Shown piece after piece: positions 33,842 to 42,709 of a DNA stretch of 64,000 bases. The stretch's first letter is position 1; each line of letters starts with the position of its first letter. This DNA is from Alphaproteobacteria bacterium (GTDB taxonomy: Bacteria > Pseudomonadota > Alphaproteobacteria > Rickettsiales > JABSSG01). Location of the stretch: assembly GCA_030431375.1 (NCBI GenBank), contig JAUIIY010000001.1:94238-158237 (forward strand), read 5' to 3'. The notes beneath the pieces were generated by a model. That model was given only the letters and a program-made list of their open reading frames with translations. It did no database searches and was not told the DNA's origin. The position numbers were made by a program, and so were the translations under genes.

Positions 33842-36733
33842 TTACCTTCTTCTAGCCTTAGTAGGCGGAGTCCTTCGTCCACCAACAACATCTCCTGATG
33901 AACCTGTATCACCATGCAACCTACCACCTGTAGCTTTACGCACATAACTATCATAGAGCTTACCACCTGATAACCTTCCTTCCCTATTAACCCTGTGTTG
34001 CTCTGCTGTTCTTGCCCAGAACCTATCATCGGCCTCTCTTCCTTTGACAGTAGATCTGTAGTCTTCACCAACCATACCCAAAGTATATTTATGGGCTTTT
34101 TGTCGCATCGCCCTTTTTGGAGCGTGATATGCTACATCAATCATTCCACCGATCTTATCTTGGAAAGTAGTTGCATGGCCGTAAAAATACCCTTTTTCTC
34201 TAGGGCTCTTACCTTTACCAACCAGCCCTTTGAAAAATCCTTTTGTTCCCTTTGACGCCGATGCTCCAACGCCACCATCTTGTTCGATGGAGCCAAATGA
34301 AGTGTGACTTGCAAGGCTTGCACCCAACTTATTTGCACCAGCCTTTTTTAAACCTTTACTAGCTACGTATCCTGCAAGACTAACAGGCGCAGTTCCTACC
34401 TTGTACACAAGTTTTGCACCCGCTTTCACAAAAGGTTTTCCCGTTAAAAGATTTATTGATAATGTTTCTGCACCTTTAGCAACAGCTTTGACTTTTTTAC
34501 TTGCCCCGTAATAGGTTCTGCCTATCATCTCACGCCGTTCACTTAAAGCTTTTCCTGCCTTTTCTAACCCGGATTTAATATCAACTCCGGTACCAGCTTT
34601 TATCAGCTCATTACCAATACTAGCAATATTACCCACCGTTCCAACAAGCCCTCCTCTAAGGGCTGTTCCAGCAGCACTCATAGATGCCATCTGCATCGGA
34701 GTTCCGCCTATATCTTGAGCAATATCTGGTACGATTTCATTAAATTTGGCCATGAACCACATCATAAAACATAAAAGTAAAAGGTCTAACGCCTCTATCC
34801 CTAACTCACCGTTCTCGAAATCTGTTAGCCTTCCACTATCGTGCGGATCATCAGGATTCAAATATGGGTATTTTACATATCTATTACCAGTACATTCGTA
34901 TGGCTGACACGAGATACAGTTACAATCTGCTTGGAAAATATTACCTAGACATCCTGTCGTATTATCACACTGAAAATGATTATTAGGGATGTGTATAATT
35001 TCTTTCTCGCCAGGGTCCCCAAGCTGCGCCTTCCAATAATAAAATTCAATATCAATGATCTTTCCTAATTTTATACTCCACATTTCTTCGTCACAAACTG
35101 AGTATCCATATAGATTATAGATGTTGTTCATAATGATTTGGAACATGAAGAAGGTGAATGTCAGGATAATAATTGGTTGGATAAAATAACTTATCAAGAA
35201 TTTCAACCAATTAGTAAAAAAGCTTTTTGTAAACTCAAAAAGCATAAATGGAATAAAAATTGGAGCTAATATAATTATCAATGTCAGCCCTAAATATGAC
35301 ATTATATATGTAAAAACACTTTGTATTACAATCCATATGAAATATAAGAACAATCCGTTTATAACTAAATACTTCACTGTTCCAAGGGCCATATTCTCAA
35401 ATATCATGGCTTTTAACTTAGCTTGAGTTGGCGCTGCAAATAAACTCTTTAAAGCTATATCAAATTGCTCAAATCCTGATACATTCATAATGTTACACGG
35501 GCAAACACTACTATATGCACTCTGAGTAATACCTGCTGCACCAACCTCCACAGATTCTTGCCCACCTCCAAATAACATTCCTGTTATTTCTCCAATACCT
35601 TGTGTAAAAAACATGAAAAAGTTATTTCCAAAAAACTCCCAAGAAGAAGGGGAAATTAGCTGAATGATAATTGCTATCTTTAAGATTCTTATCATTAAAT
35701 CTTTTTGCGTAACTTGAACTATCCCAAGCAGGAATGAAATCGCGTATATGATAACATATAAAACTAAAATAGCTCTGATATAGCCCTGGAACTCTGACTC
35801 ACCGGTTAGGTTTGTAAACATCTCTTCTTTAGCCCAACATAGGCTTGATTGAATATAAGCTACTATTTTGGTTATTATTCCAGGATTTGATGAAACAACC
35901 CCAGATAACATTAAAACTTGCACTGCCCCGTAATTATCTGTGTAATATCTATCTAACATTTTGAAATTTACTCCGCACATCTGGCCATCTGTACACTCAG
36001 ACGGAGGCGATGAAACTATTCCGCTTGTTTTCTGTCCTGCATAATAAAAGTTAGAGCTTGATATATCGGTCATACCAAGATGTAAAGGTTTGCCGACTAG
36101 TCCACCAGTAGCATTTGGATCTGTGCTAGGTCCTGCAGAAAAAGCCACATATGCACCTAGCCCGTTGGTTAAAAAGCATGGAGCATTAGTTACTGGCAGC
36201 TCATCATCTAACGTGGTTGTGCAAGTATTATTCGCACATACATTCTCACTCACACCCACATTACCACATTTGGTACAAGCCGCCTGATTTCCACTGCTGT
36301 AATTTGCGCATATTTCTGCGTTACTGTCTGTGTCACAAAAGCTACACATACCTGAAGTTGCCATAATTTGATTAAGTGTATTACCAGCATATCCTCCATA
36401 CATGAATGACCAACCATAATTATATTCGGCATTCTCATAATTTTGGATGTTAGTAAAATAAGCTGCCTGGCTAGTTCCACCCTCCATGGCATTTATATAG
36501 CCATAGCTTGTTTTTACTAGAAAATATATTTGTTTACCATTCAGGTAGTAACCAGATTTAGTCCAGTTTGCTAATTGAAAATCACCCTCTTTTTTGTATG
36601 TAGACTGAGGATTTGAGTTTATAGTAATTACAGGACTCCCCCAATTTTCAGCATCATAACAAGTATAGTTTGGTTGACACCCTTGCACCAAAACTGCAAA
36701 CAATAAAACTAAAATCAATCTTGTTATGTTCAT
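33842..36733 (-). CDS. virB6: VirB6/TrbL-like T4SS protein, paralog 4 (963 aa)
   Basis: Signal peptide ending VQGC and a Cys-rich ~300-aa N-domain. The polytopic core starts YIRAILVLYVIIYAISFLLGIVQVTQKDLMIRILKIAII. A ~320-aa Gly/Lys/Ala-rich basic C-tail ends in TKARRR. Confidence 0.85.
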   Translation of the reverse strand: MNITRLILVLLFAVLVQGCQPNYTCYDAENWGSPVITINSNPQSTYKKEGDFQLANWTKSGYYLNGKQIYFLVKTSYGYINAMEGGTSQAAYFTNIQNYENAEYNYGWSFMYGGYAGNTLNQIMATSGMCSFCDTDSNAEICANYSSGNQAACTKCGNVGVSENVCANNTCTTTLDDELPVTNAPCFLTNGLGAYVAFSAGPSTDPNATGGLVGKPLHLGMTDISSSNFYYAGQKTSGIVSSPPSECTDGQMCGVNFKMLDRYYTDNYGAVQVLMLSGVVSSNPGIITKIVAYIQSSLCWAKEEMFTNLTGESEFQGYIRAILVLYVIIYAISFLLGIVQVTQKDLMIRILKIAIIIQLISPSSWEFFGNNFFMFFTQGIGEITGMLFGGGQESVEVGAAGITQSAYSSVCPCNIMNVSGFEQFDIALKSLFAAPTQAKLKAMIFENMALGTVKYLVINGLFLYFIWIVIQSVFTYIMSYLGLTLIIILAPIFIPFMLFEFTKSFFTNWLKFLISYFIQPIIILTFTFFMFQIIMNNIYNLYGYSVCDEEMWSIKLGKIIDIEFYYWKAQLGDPGEKEIIHIPNNHFQCDNTTGCLGNIFQADCNCISCQPYECTGNRYVKYPYLNPDDPHDSGRLTDFENGELGIEALDLLLLCFMMWFMAKFNEIVPDIAQDIGGTPMQMASMSAAGTALRGGLVGTVGNIASIGNELIKAGTGVDIKSGLEKAGKALSERREMIGRTYYGASKKVKAVAKGAETLSINLLTGKPFVKAGAKLVYKVGTAPVSLAGYVASKGLKKAGANKLGASLASHTSFGSIEQDGGVGASASKGTKGFFKGLVGKGKSPREKGYFYGHATTFQDKIGGMIDVAYHAPKRAMRQKAHKYTLGMVGEDYRSTVKGREADDRFWARTAEQHRVNREGRLSGGKLYDSYVRKATGGRLHGDTGSSGDVVGGRRTPPTKARRR

Positions 36734-36814
36734 ATATAATATATTAGAGGTAAATCCTCTTTTTCGACAATTTCTTTGTTAATAAGTTAGTTAATACCAA
36801 TATTTTTTATAAAT

Positions 36815-39592
36815 TTACGCTTTCCCTTTTGTTGATGACTGCCTCGGTTTGGATGACTCACTGCTGCCTCCCTGCTTCTTAGCTACATCTTGTTGTCCCT
36901 GACTACTACCGTCTTTTCTCGCTGCTTTGGTACCCTCACTCTGTTTATCCTCTTTTGCAAACTTGTCTTGAGTATTTTTATCAATACCCAAAGCCTGGAA
37001 TGCAGGATTATTATCGACCATGCCACTGGCTAGCCCACCAACTGCCCCTGCAGATCCTCCTGCACCAGTTTTGAATAAGCCTCTTGACAAGTTACTAGCA
37101 AATTCAGGTGTTTGTTTTAAAATTTCACAGAAAATATTAAATGTAACAATCAACACTAATAATGTCATTAGGCTGTATACAGGTATCCACCAATAGATAT
37201 CAATCAAATCAATTCTGATACTCCCACCCAAAGGCAGAGATATTGTGAAAATTTTTGTTAACGTTACCGACAAAGTAGTAAAATCATATATTATATTTTT
37301 CATCAGCTGATTAATTACGGCTATTGACGCAAACATTATAACTGGTTGGAAAACAAAAGATGTCATTACCTGTATCCAATTATTAAATATTTGTCTGGTT
37401 TGATCGAATAACACAAGAACTATGAATATCGGCGCCATACCGATAAATAAACCAATCGCTGTTAATGCTATCAAATAAGAAACCGTAGCAACAATAAGCG
37501 CCTTTAGATATATTAAAACACCTTTAATCATCAAAATTAGTATTATCCATCCAACTGGTATCCATAAAAGAAGCATAAACAATACCGTTAAGAACTTGGA
37601 ATTGAATAAAGCCGCTATTACAGAATCACTAAAAGAAAAGATAGCTTGATAATTCAGCTGATGTTGACCATTAGAAACTATATAATCAGTTCCTGTGACG
37701 TATGATACTAGGTCCGTCATACCATTCCAAAACATACCTAAAAGATATTGATAAAAGAAAGCTGTAGAGGTTTCATTATTCATAAACACCAAAACCACCC
37801 CTATTTTAAATATTTTAGCAACTAAATCTCTCTGAGTAATTTTTGTGTTACCCATTAAAAAACTAACCCCAAATAATGCTATATACAAAGTGAGCATTGC
37901 ATTTATGACTGTTAGAAATGTAGGGCTATTTGCTACGTTACCAAAAAATTGAGAAGAAACGGTGAAAACCTGAGTTTGCACTGGGTCAGCCACATAAGAT
38001 ATTATTTCCCCTAAAAAACCATATTTTACTGGGTTCATTTTATAAAAATTTACTTGATAATATCCATAATTATCTGACCTAGAGTTATTATCTCTAATTC
38101 TTACATACAAATCTTGTGCGCTCCTTGAAACACCAGTTTTATTCATGAAATAACCCGGCTGATCCATTCCATCTATTGTGCCTTGCCCAGGCGATGTTGC
38201 ATCTGGAGTCGAACCTGATGAAACAAATAAATACTCCAATTTACCATTGCCAGCTTGTTGATCTGTGGCATTTAATGGCATGCCACCAATTGCATAACAC
38301 CCTGTTTTTTCAGCAAATATGTACGTATTGTACACTGGTTCATTTACCTGCTCAGAACAAGAACTACCACTACTATTCACGCCTAAAGAATAAAGTGTTG
38401 TTGCATTGGAATATTGTTCTTGCATAAACAACGATTTCTGCCATTGGTAGAGAGATGTGTTACTAGGTGATGAAAGTATTTCCCAATCATTAACGCCATT
38501 TGGCACCATGTCGTTATTCGTATACGAATTTGTACCACTACCAACCAAAGAAAAGTTTAATGTACAATTACTAGTTTCACCACCAATACAAGCTGGCAAA
38601 TCTATAACTTCTGAATTCTGAAAAATCAATGTTCGCGGATCAAGGGAATTGCTAAACATATTAGCACCGCTATGCAAATTTGCTATATTATTTCCATATC
38701 CAAATGTGTAACCCATGCCGTTTCCAAATAAACATTGCCCATTGACAAAATCTTGTGAAATTTGCCCCCCTTCATATGCTGAGTTACAAGGGCAATTCAG
38801 TGAGCAATCATAACCTCTACCATTAGTTGAGTTTATATTTAATAACCAAGGAGAAAGCACCTGAGCAATACAATTATTGTTATAAGACAGCCCTTCGTAA
38901 CATGTTGAACATCTCTCATCTGAACAACCAGGAGGCTGTAATAATTTCCCATTATTTGCCGGACAATTATTAGCTATTATATTATTTTGATATGCCGCAG
39001 TTCCTCCGCCCCCTATATCTTGTGACCCAGTTTCAAGCACAACATATAATTTAGATCCTGGGTAAATTGATTCTGTTGACCCACTTGTCTGCCCCCCCGC
39101 TTGATCGATAAAATTAATATAACCCACACAATCATTTGTGTTAGAGTATGGATTAACGCCATGTGCACAATTATTATTTGTACTAGTATTAGTCCCTAAC
39201 ATATTAGGAATCGAGAAATTCTGTAAGTTAGTAGAACTAGGGCTAAGATATGAATAACATAAATTTAGTACATTATTTTGGGAAACACCTTTTTGACTAT
39301 TAACCAGGACACTCGTACTACTACTATCTGTTGGGCCAGAGGGTGCAATCTCAATCTTATAATTAGTTGGTGTTGTAGAAGAAAATGAACCTATTTTTAC
39401 CCAACTAGCATCACCTGAATATATATAATTCGTACCAACCAATGAATATTCTTGATTATATAAATTTGGATCTCCTGCGATGGTGTTAGTCAGTGGTGCC
39501 ATCGCCTGTGGAGTATCACCAGCATAGGTAATGCAGCCATTAAGTGTTAACAGAGAAAGAGATAATATGATTAATTTTATCAACCTTGTCAT
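36815..39592 (-). CDS. virB6: VirB6/TrbL-like T4SS protein, paralog 3 (925 aa)
   Basis: Signal peptide ending LNGC and a ~540-aa Asn/Ser/Gly/Cys-rich N-domain. The core has MLTLYIALFGVSFLMGNTKITQRDLVAKIFKIGVV. The C-tail is Lys/Gln/Ser-rich. Its ATG overlaps the upstream stop (ATGA). Confidence 0.85.
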   Translation of the reverse strand: MTRLIKLIILSLSLLTLNGCITYAGDTPQAMAPLTNTIAGDPNLYNQEYSLVGTNYIYSGDASWVKIGSFSSTTPTNYKIEIAPSGPTDSSSTSVLVNSQKGVSQNNVLNLCYSYLSPSSTNLQNFSIPNMLGTNTSTNNNCAHGVNPYSNTNDCVGYINFIDQAGGQTSGSTESIYPGSKLYVVLETGSQDIGGGGTAAYQNNIIANNCPANNGKLLQPPGCSDERCSTCYEGLSYNNNCIAQVLSPWLLNINSTNGRGYDCSLNCPCNSAYEGGQISQDFVNGQCLFGNGMGYTFGYGNNIANLHSGANMFSNSLDPRTLIFQNSEVIDLPACIGGETSNCTLNFSLVGSGTNSYTNNDMVPNGVNDWEILSSPSNTSLYQWQKSLFMQEQYSNATTLYSLGVNSSGSSCSEQVNEPVYNTYIFAEKTGCYAIGGMPLNATDQQAGNGKLEYLFVSSGSTPDATSPGQGTIDGMDQPGYFMNKTGVSRSAQDLYVRIRDNNSRSDNYGYYQVNFYKMNPVKYGFLGEIISYVADPVQTQVFTVSSQFFGNVANSPTFLTVINAMLTLYIALFGVSFLMGNTKITQRDLVAKIFKIGVVLVFMNNETSTAFFYQYLLGMFWNGMTDLVSYVTGTDYIVSNGQHQLNYQAIFSFSDSVIAALFNSKFLTVLFMLLLWIPVGWIILILMIKGVLIYLKALIVATVSYLIALTAIGLFIGMAPIFIVLVLFDQTRQIFNNWIQVMTSFVFQPVIMFASIAVINQLMKNIIYDFTTLSVTLTKIFTISLPLGGSIRIDLIDIYWWIPVYSLMTLLVLIVTFNIFCEILKQTPEFASNLSRGLFKTGAGGSAGAVGGLASGMVDNNPAFQALGIDKNTQDKFAKEDKQSEGTKAARKDGSSQGQQDVAKKQGGSSESSKPRQSSTKGKA

Positions 39593-42500
39593 TCTTTATC
39601 TCCTCCAGTGCTGGTAGGATCCACACCTACTCTTGGTGCTGTTGCCTTTGCATCTTCTTCACTATCACTATCTGAATCCCCTCCTCCTTCTGATGCAGCC
39701 ACTACTGGAGTTGCTGCTTCTTCATCAACTTTTCCTACTAGCTTGCTAGATGTATTTGCTTCAGGCTTAAGTTCAGATGTCGAACGCCTAGATTTCGTTG
39801 CGTTGACTTTAGCATCATCCATATCAACTTCTGCATCACTCGATCTGGCATTCAATCTAGCGTCAGCTCTAGCCGCCCTCCGAGCCTTGCTTTGTTCATC
39901 TTGTCCTATCAAGGTAGCACCGGCACCTTTCAACGCACCTAACATTCCTCCTCCCCTTCCAGAATTACCTGTTCCTGTCACAAATTGTTGCAACCTTAGA
40001 CCTGAGATTCTTTGCACGATATTTTCAACATAACTGCCAAAATTCTTGAGGAGATTAAGTAAAATGACGAAAAATATAAAATATGTCACTTTTAATCCTA
40101 GCGCTTCTAGTGAGGAGCCAGCTCCGTTTGGACCATACCCAAATGGCACGAACCACTTAAGGCAAATAGTTGCTTTATCACTTCCAGCAGCTAATTTGGC
40201 AAGATATTCCGGAAGTTGGATATTAAATGCACAATCCCAACATACGGAAAAATTAAGCGCCTGCTCAATACATAAATACATTATCATTGTAATAATATTG
40301 AGCCCAATAATTAAGAAAACTGGAGCCAACGTATAATTTATCAGATATTTAAGCCAATTTTCAAATAAACTACTCGTTCGGCTAAATAAGACACAAGGAA
40401 TAAAAATAGGAGCTAAAAGTAGTAATATTGCAATACCTATTACAGACATCATATATTTTATGATCGCGTCGAAAATAGCTAGCGCATATAAAACGATTCC
40501 GTATAACATGAACCAGAAAATAATGAAGGTAAGAGGACCTAAAAATAAATATGTAGCTAGTTTTTTCCAGATCATAGGATTTAAGAATAGCACCCTAAAT
40601 CCGTAATCGATAAAGCAGAAAGGATTTTTAATATAATTTGCAGGGCATGTATCGCCGTTCATGCCAACAACTGAAGGTGCACCAGTAACACTTGCTGTTG
40701 GAATACAATTACATTTAACTTCTGCCACGAAAGCATTATTCATTGCCATATTTATTAATGTTGCCCCTCCATCTAAAAATAACGCAAAAAAGTTATCATA
40801 AAAAAATGTCCACGCATCAGGTTGTGTCAATGCAACGATCAAGCCTATTTTGAAAATTCTGACTACCAAATCTCCCTGTGAGATCTGAACCATTCCCATG
40901 ATAAACATTATTCCATAAAGAGATATGTATAACACCAACAAGGCTCTTATATAACCAATATATGTCATTGAGCAATCGCTTACGCTTGGATCGCACTGAC
41001 ATGAACCAATATCACCCGTACAAATAATATTTGTAAATTGCTGCTTCAATGAAGAGTAGATCCAATAAGTGAAGTAGGTCATTATGTCTGCGACCAACTT
41101 AGATCCACCTTCCTGATCTGTACCATAACCAACAGCTACATCCAAAGTGCCCGTTGCATTATCGACATTATATCCAGATGAAGGCGGTATGACTTTTGCC
41201 CACAAAGTACCATTCATGCCATGAAAATCTTTATCCAAATCTAGAGAGTAATATGTATAACCATCTGTTTCACTACAATCTGGCCAAGCCGGACAAAAAA
41301 CATTTTGTGCTGTACATGGAGTATCTGTATGATTACAGTTGTTCACTTGATAATTTCCCCCTAAGGTTATCACCACTGGATTAGAGCATTGAGGAGGGGT
41401 AGATTTGCCCGGAGAAACATTTGGAACACAATCATCTGGGAATAAACCTAATTGTAAAGCACCAGCTTTATCACTCCCATGACCCAATCCATTTACACTT
41501 CTACATGACTCATGCTTAACATACACAGTATAACCACCATGATTATCACTATAATTTTCATTAGTATCCATCACATTTGCAGCTATAGTATTAATGGTAG
41601 AATTTGTGCTATTATATATTACCCTTGTAACCGACTGACATGTATAAGGTGAAGATGAGGGATCATTGGCATTATATTGATTCCCAGGACTTCCTCCCAT
41701 TTGATTAAACTGAACAGCCGTATTATTATTAGTACTGTTTGCTGAATAAAGTGGATCATTACTCATAACCACAGAAGTATCACTAATAGCAAAACATACA
41801 TTCTGATTTTGTGTTGTAGTTAAACAAGCATTTCCATCTAATGTTATGCCCAATCCAGTACCTGTTGTTATCCAGCATAGTTTGTCACCAGCAGCAATGG
41901 GCACATCATTATTTTGTGTTGGCTCACATAGTCCAGCAGTAACATCAGCAGATAATGTATCCGAATTAGCATTACATACGATTGTTTCAGGATAACCAGC
42001 AGTAGGGCTAGCTCTCGAATATCTATTTGCGTCAGGATATGAGCTATCGACACCACTGTTTAACTCAGAAAGACTACCACATAAATTGGGAGCATCAACA
42101 AAAAGCGTCACCTTATCATTGGGAAGCACATTATATGTAAGTATTGTAGGTTGTTGTTGATTGCCAGGGATAAAATATTTTGATCCTTTTACACAATTGC
42201 CGTCACAATATTCGGGGAGTTTAGCACTTTGTCCATAAGGACAAGTGCCACCAGGATATTCATTACAATAAGTAAGGCAAGTACCTCCTGTCATGGCACC
42301 GCAGCCGCTTGCACAAACTTCAGGAGGAGTGACAACAGAATCCCCGGAAGAAGATGCAGCAGCAGAAGAATAATTCGAACATATAGTACAATTATCGCTT
42401 ACAACATTCGATTTAGTACCATATAAGGAACTTGATCTACCGTTACACATACTAACTTCCCCTGAAACCTTTACATTTATAGAGGTTTTAATGGATTGAT

Positions 42501-42708
42501 CGATTTGCACACCCGTTGGCAGCCATTGACCATATGCAGCATTTTTACCGGTGGCATAATTTCCATTGGCGGCTACTGAGAAAGATTGAGAGGATGAATA
42601 ATATGGCGTACCAACCTTTAATGCTGTCATATCGTCAACATAACAACCGCTCCCACACGCAGTTAGAAACAACATTAGCAATATAAGGAAGATTTTGTTT
42701 ATTTGCAT
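39589..42708 (-). CDS. virB6: VirB6/TrbL-like T4SS protein, paralog 2 (~1039 aa)
   Basis: Start moved from 42873 to ATG 42708 (MQINKIFLILLMLFLTACGSG, lipobox LTAC), 1 nt after the stop of paralog 1. The ~600-aa N-domain has roughly 30 Cys by manual count. The core has YIRALLVLYISLYGIMFIMGMVQISQGDLVVRIFKIGLI. Confidence 0.85.
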   Translation of the reverse strand: MQINKIFLILLMLFLTACGSGCYVDDMTALKVGTPYYSSSQSFSVAANGNYATGKNAAYGQWLPTGVQIDQSIKTSINVKVSGEVSMCNGRSSSLYGTKSNVVSDNCTICSNYSSAAASSSGDSVVTPPEVCASGCGAMTGGTCLTYCNEYPGGTCPYGQSAKLPEYCDGNCVKGSKYFIPGNQQQPTILTYNVLPNDKVTLFVDAPNLCGSLSELNSGVDSSYPDANRYSRASPTAGYPETIVCNANSDTLSADVTAGLCEPTQNNDVPIAAGDKLCWITTGTGLGITLDGNACLTTTQNQNVCFAISDTSVVMSNDPLYSANSTNNNTAVQFNQMGGSPGNQYNANDPSSSPYTCQSVTRVIYNSTNSTINTIAANVMDTNENYSDNHGGYTVYVKHESCRSVNGLGHGSDKAGALQLGLFPDDCVPNVSPGKSTPPQCSNPVVITLGGNYQVNNCNHTDTPCTAQNVFCPAWPDCSETDGYTYYSLDLDKDFHGMNGTLWAKVIPPSSGYNVDNATGTLDVAVGYGTDQEGGSKLVADIMTYFTYWIYSSLKQQFTNIICTGDIGSCQCDPSVSDCSMTYIGYIRALLVLYISLYGIMFIMGMVQISQGDLVVRIFKIGLIVALTQPDAWTFFYDNFFALFLDGGATLINMAMNNAFVAEVKCNCIPTASVTGAPSVVGMNGDTCPANYIKNPFCFIDYGFRVLFLNPMIWKKLATYLFLGPLTFIIFWFMLYGIVLYALAIFDAIIKYMMSVIGIAILLLLAPIFIPCVLFSRTSSLFENWLKYLINYTLAPVFLIIGLNIITMIMYLCIEQALNFSVCWDCAFNIQLPEYLAKLAAGSDKATICLKWFVPFGYGPNGAGSSLEALGLKVTYFIFFVILLNLLKNFGSYVENIVQRISGLRLQQFVTGTGNSGRGGGMLGALKGAGATLIGQDEQSKARRAARADARLNARSSDAEVDMDDAKVNATKSRRSTSELKPEANTSSKLVGKVDEEAATPVVAASEGGGDSDSDSEEDAKATAPRVGVDPTSTGGDKE

Positions 42709-42709
42709 T

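Noticed and set aside
39608-40336. ORFs 39608..40033 and 40046..40336 (+), plus 22842..23081 (-), 21994..22224 (-) and 42695..42946 (+)
   Set aside because: These are antisense ORFs over the low-complexity, GC-richer tails of virB6 paralogs or orphan genes. They are compositional artefacts.
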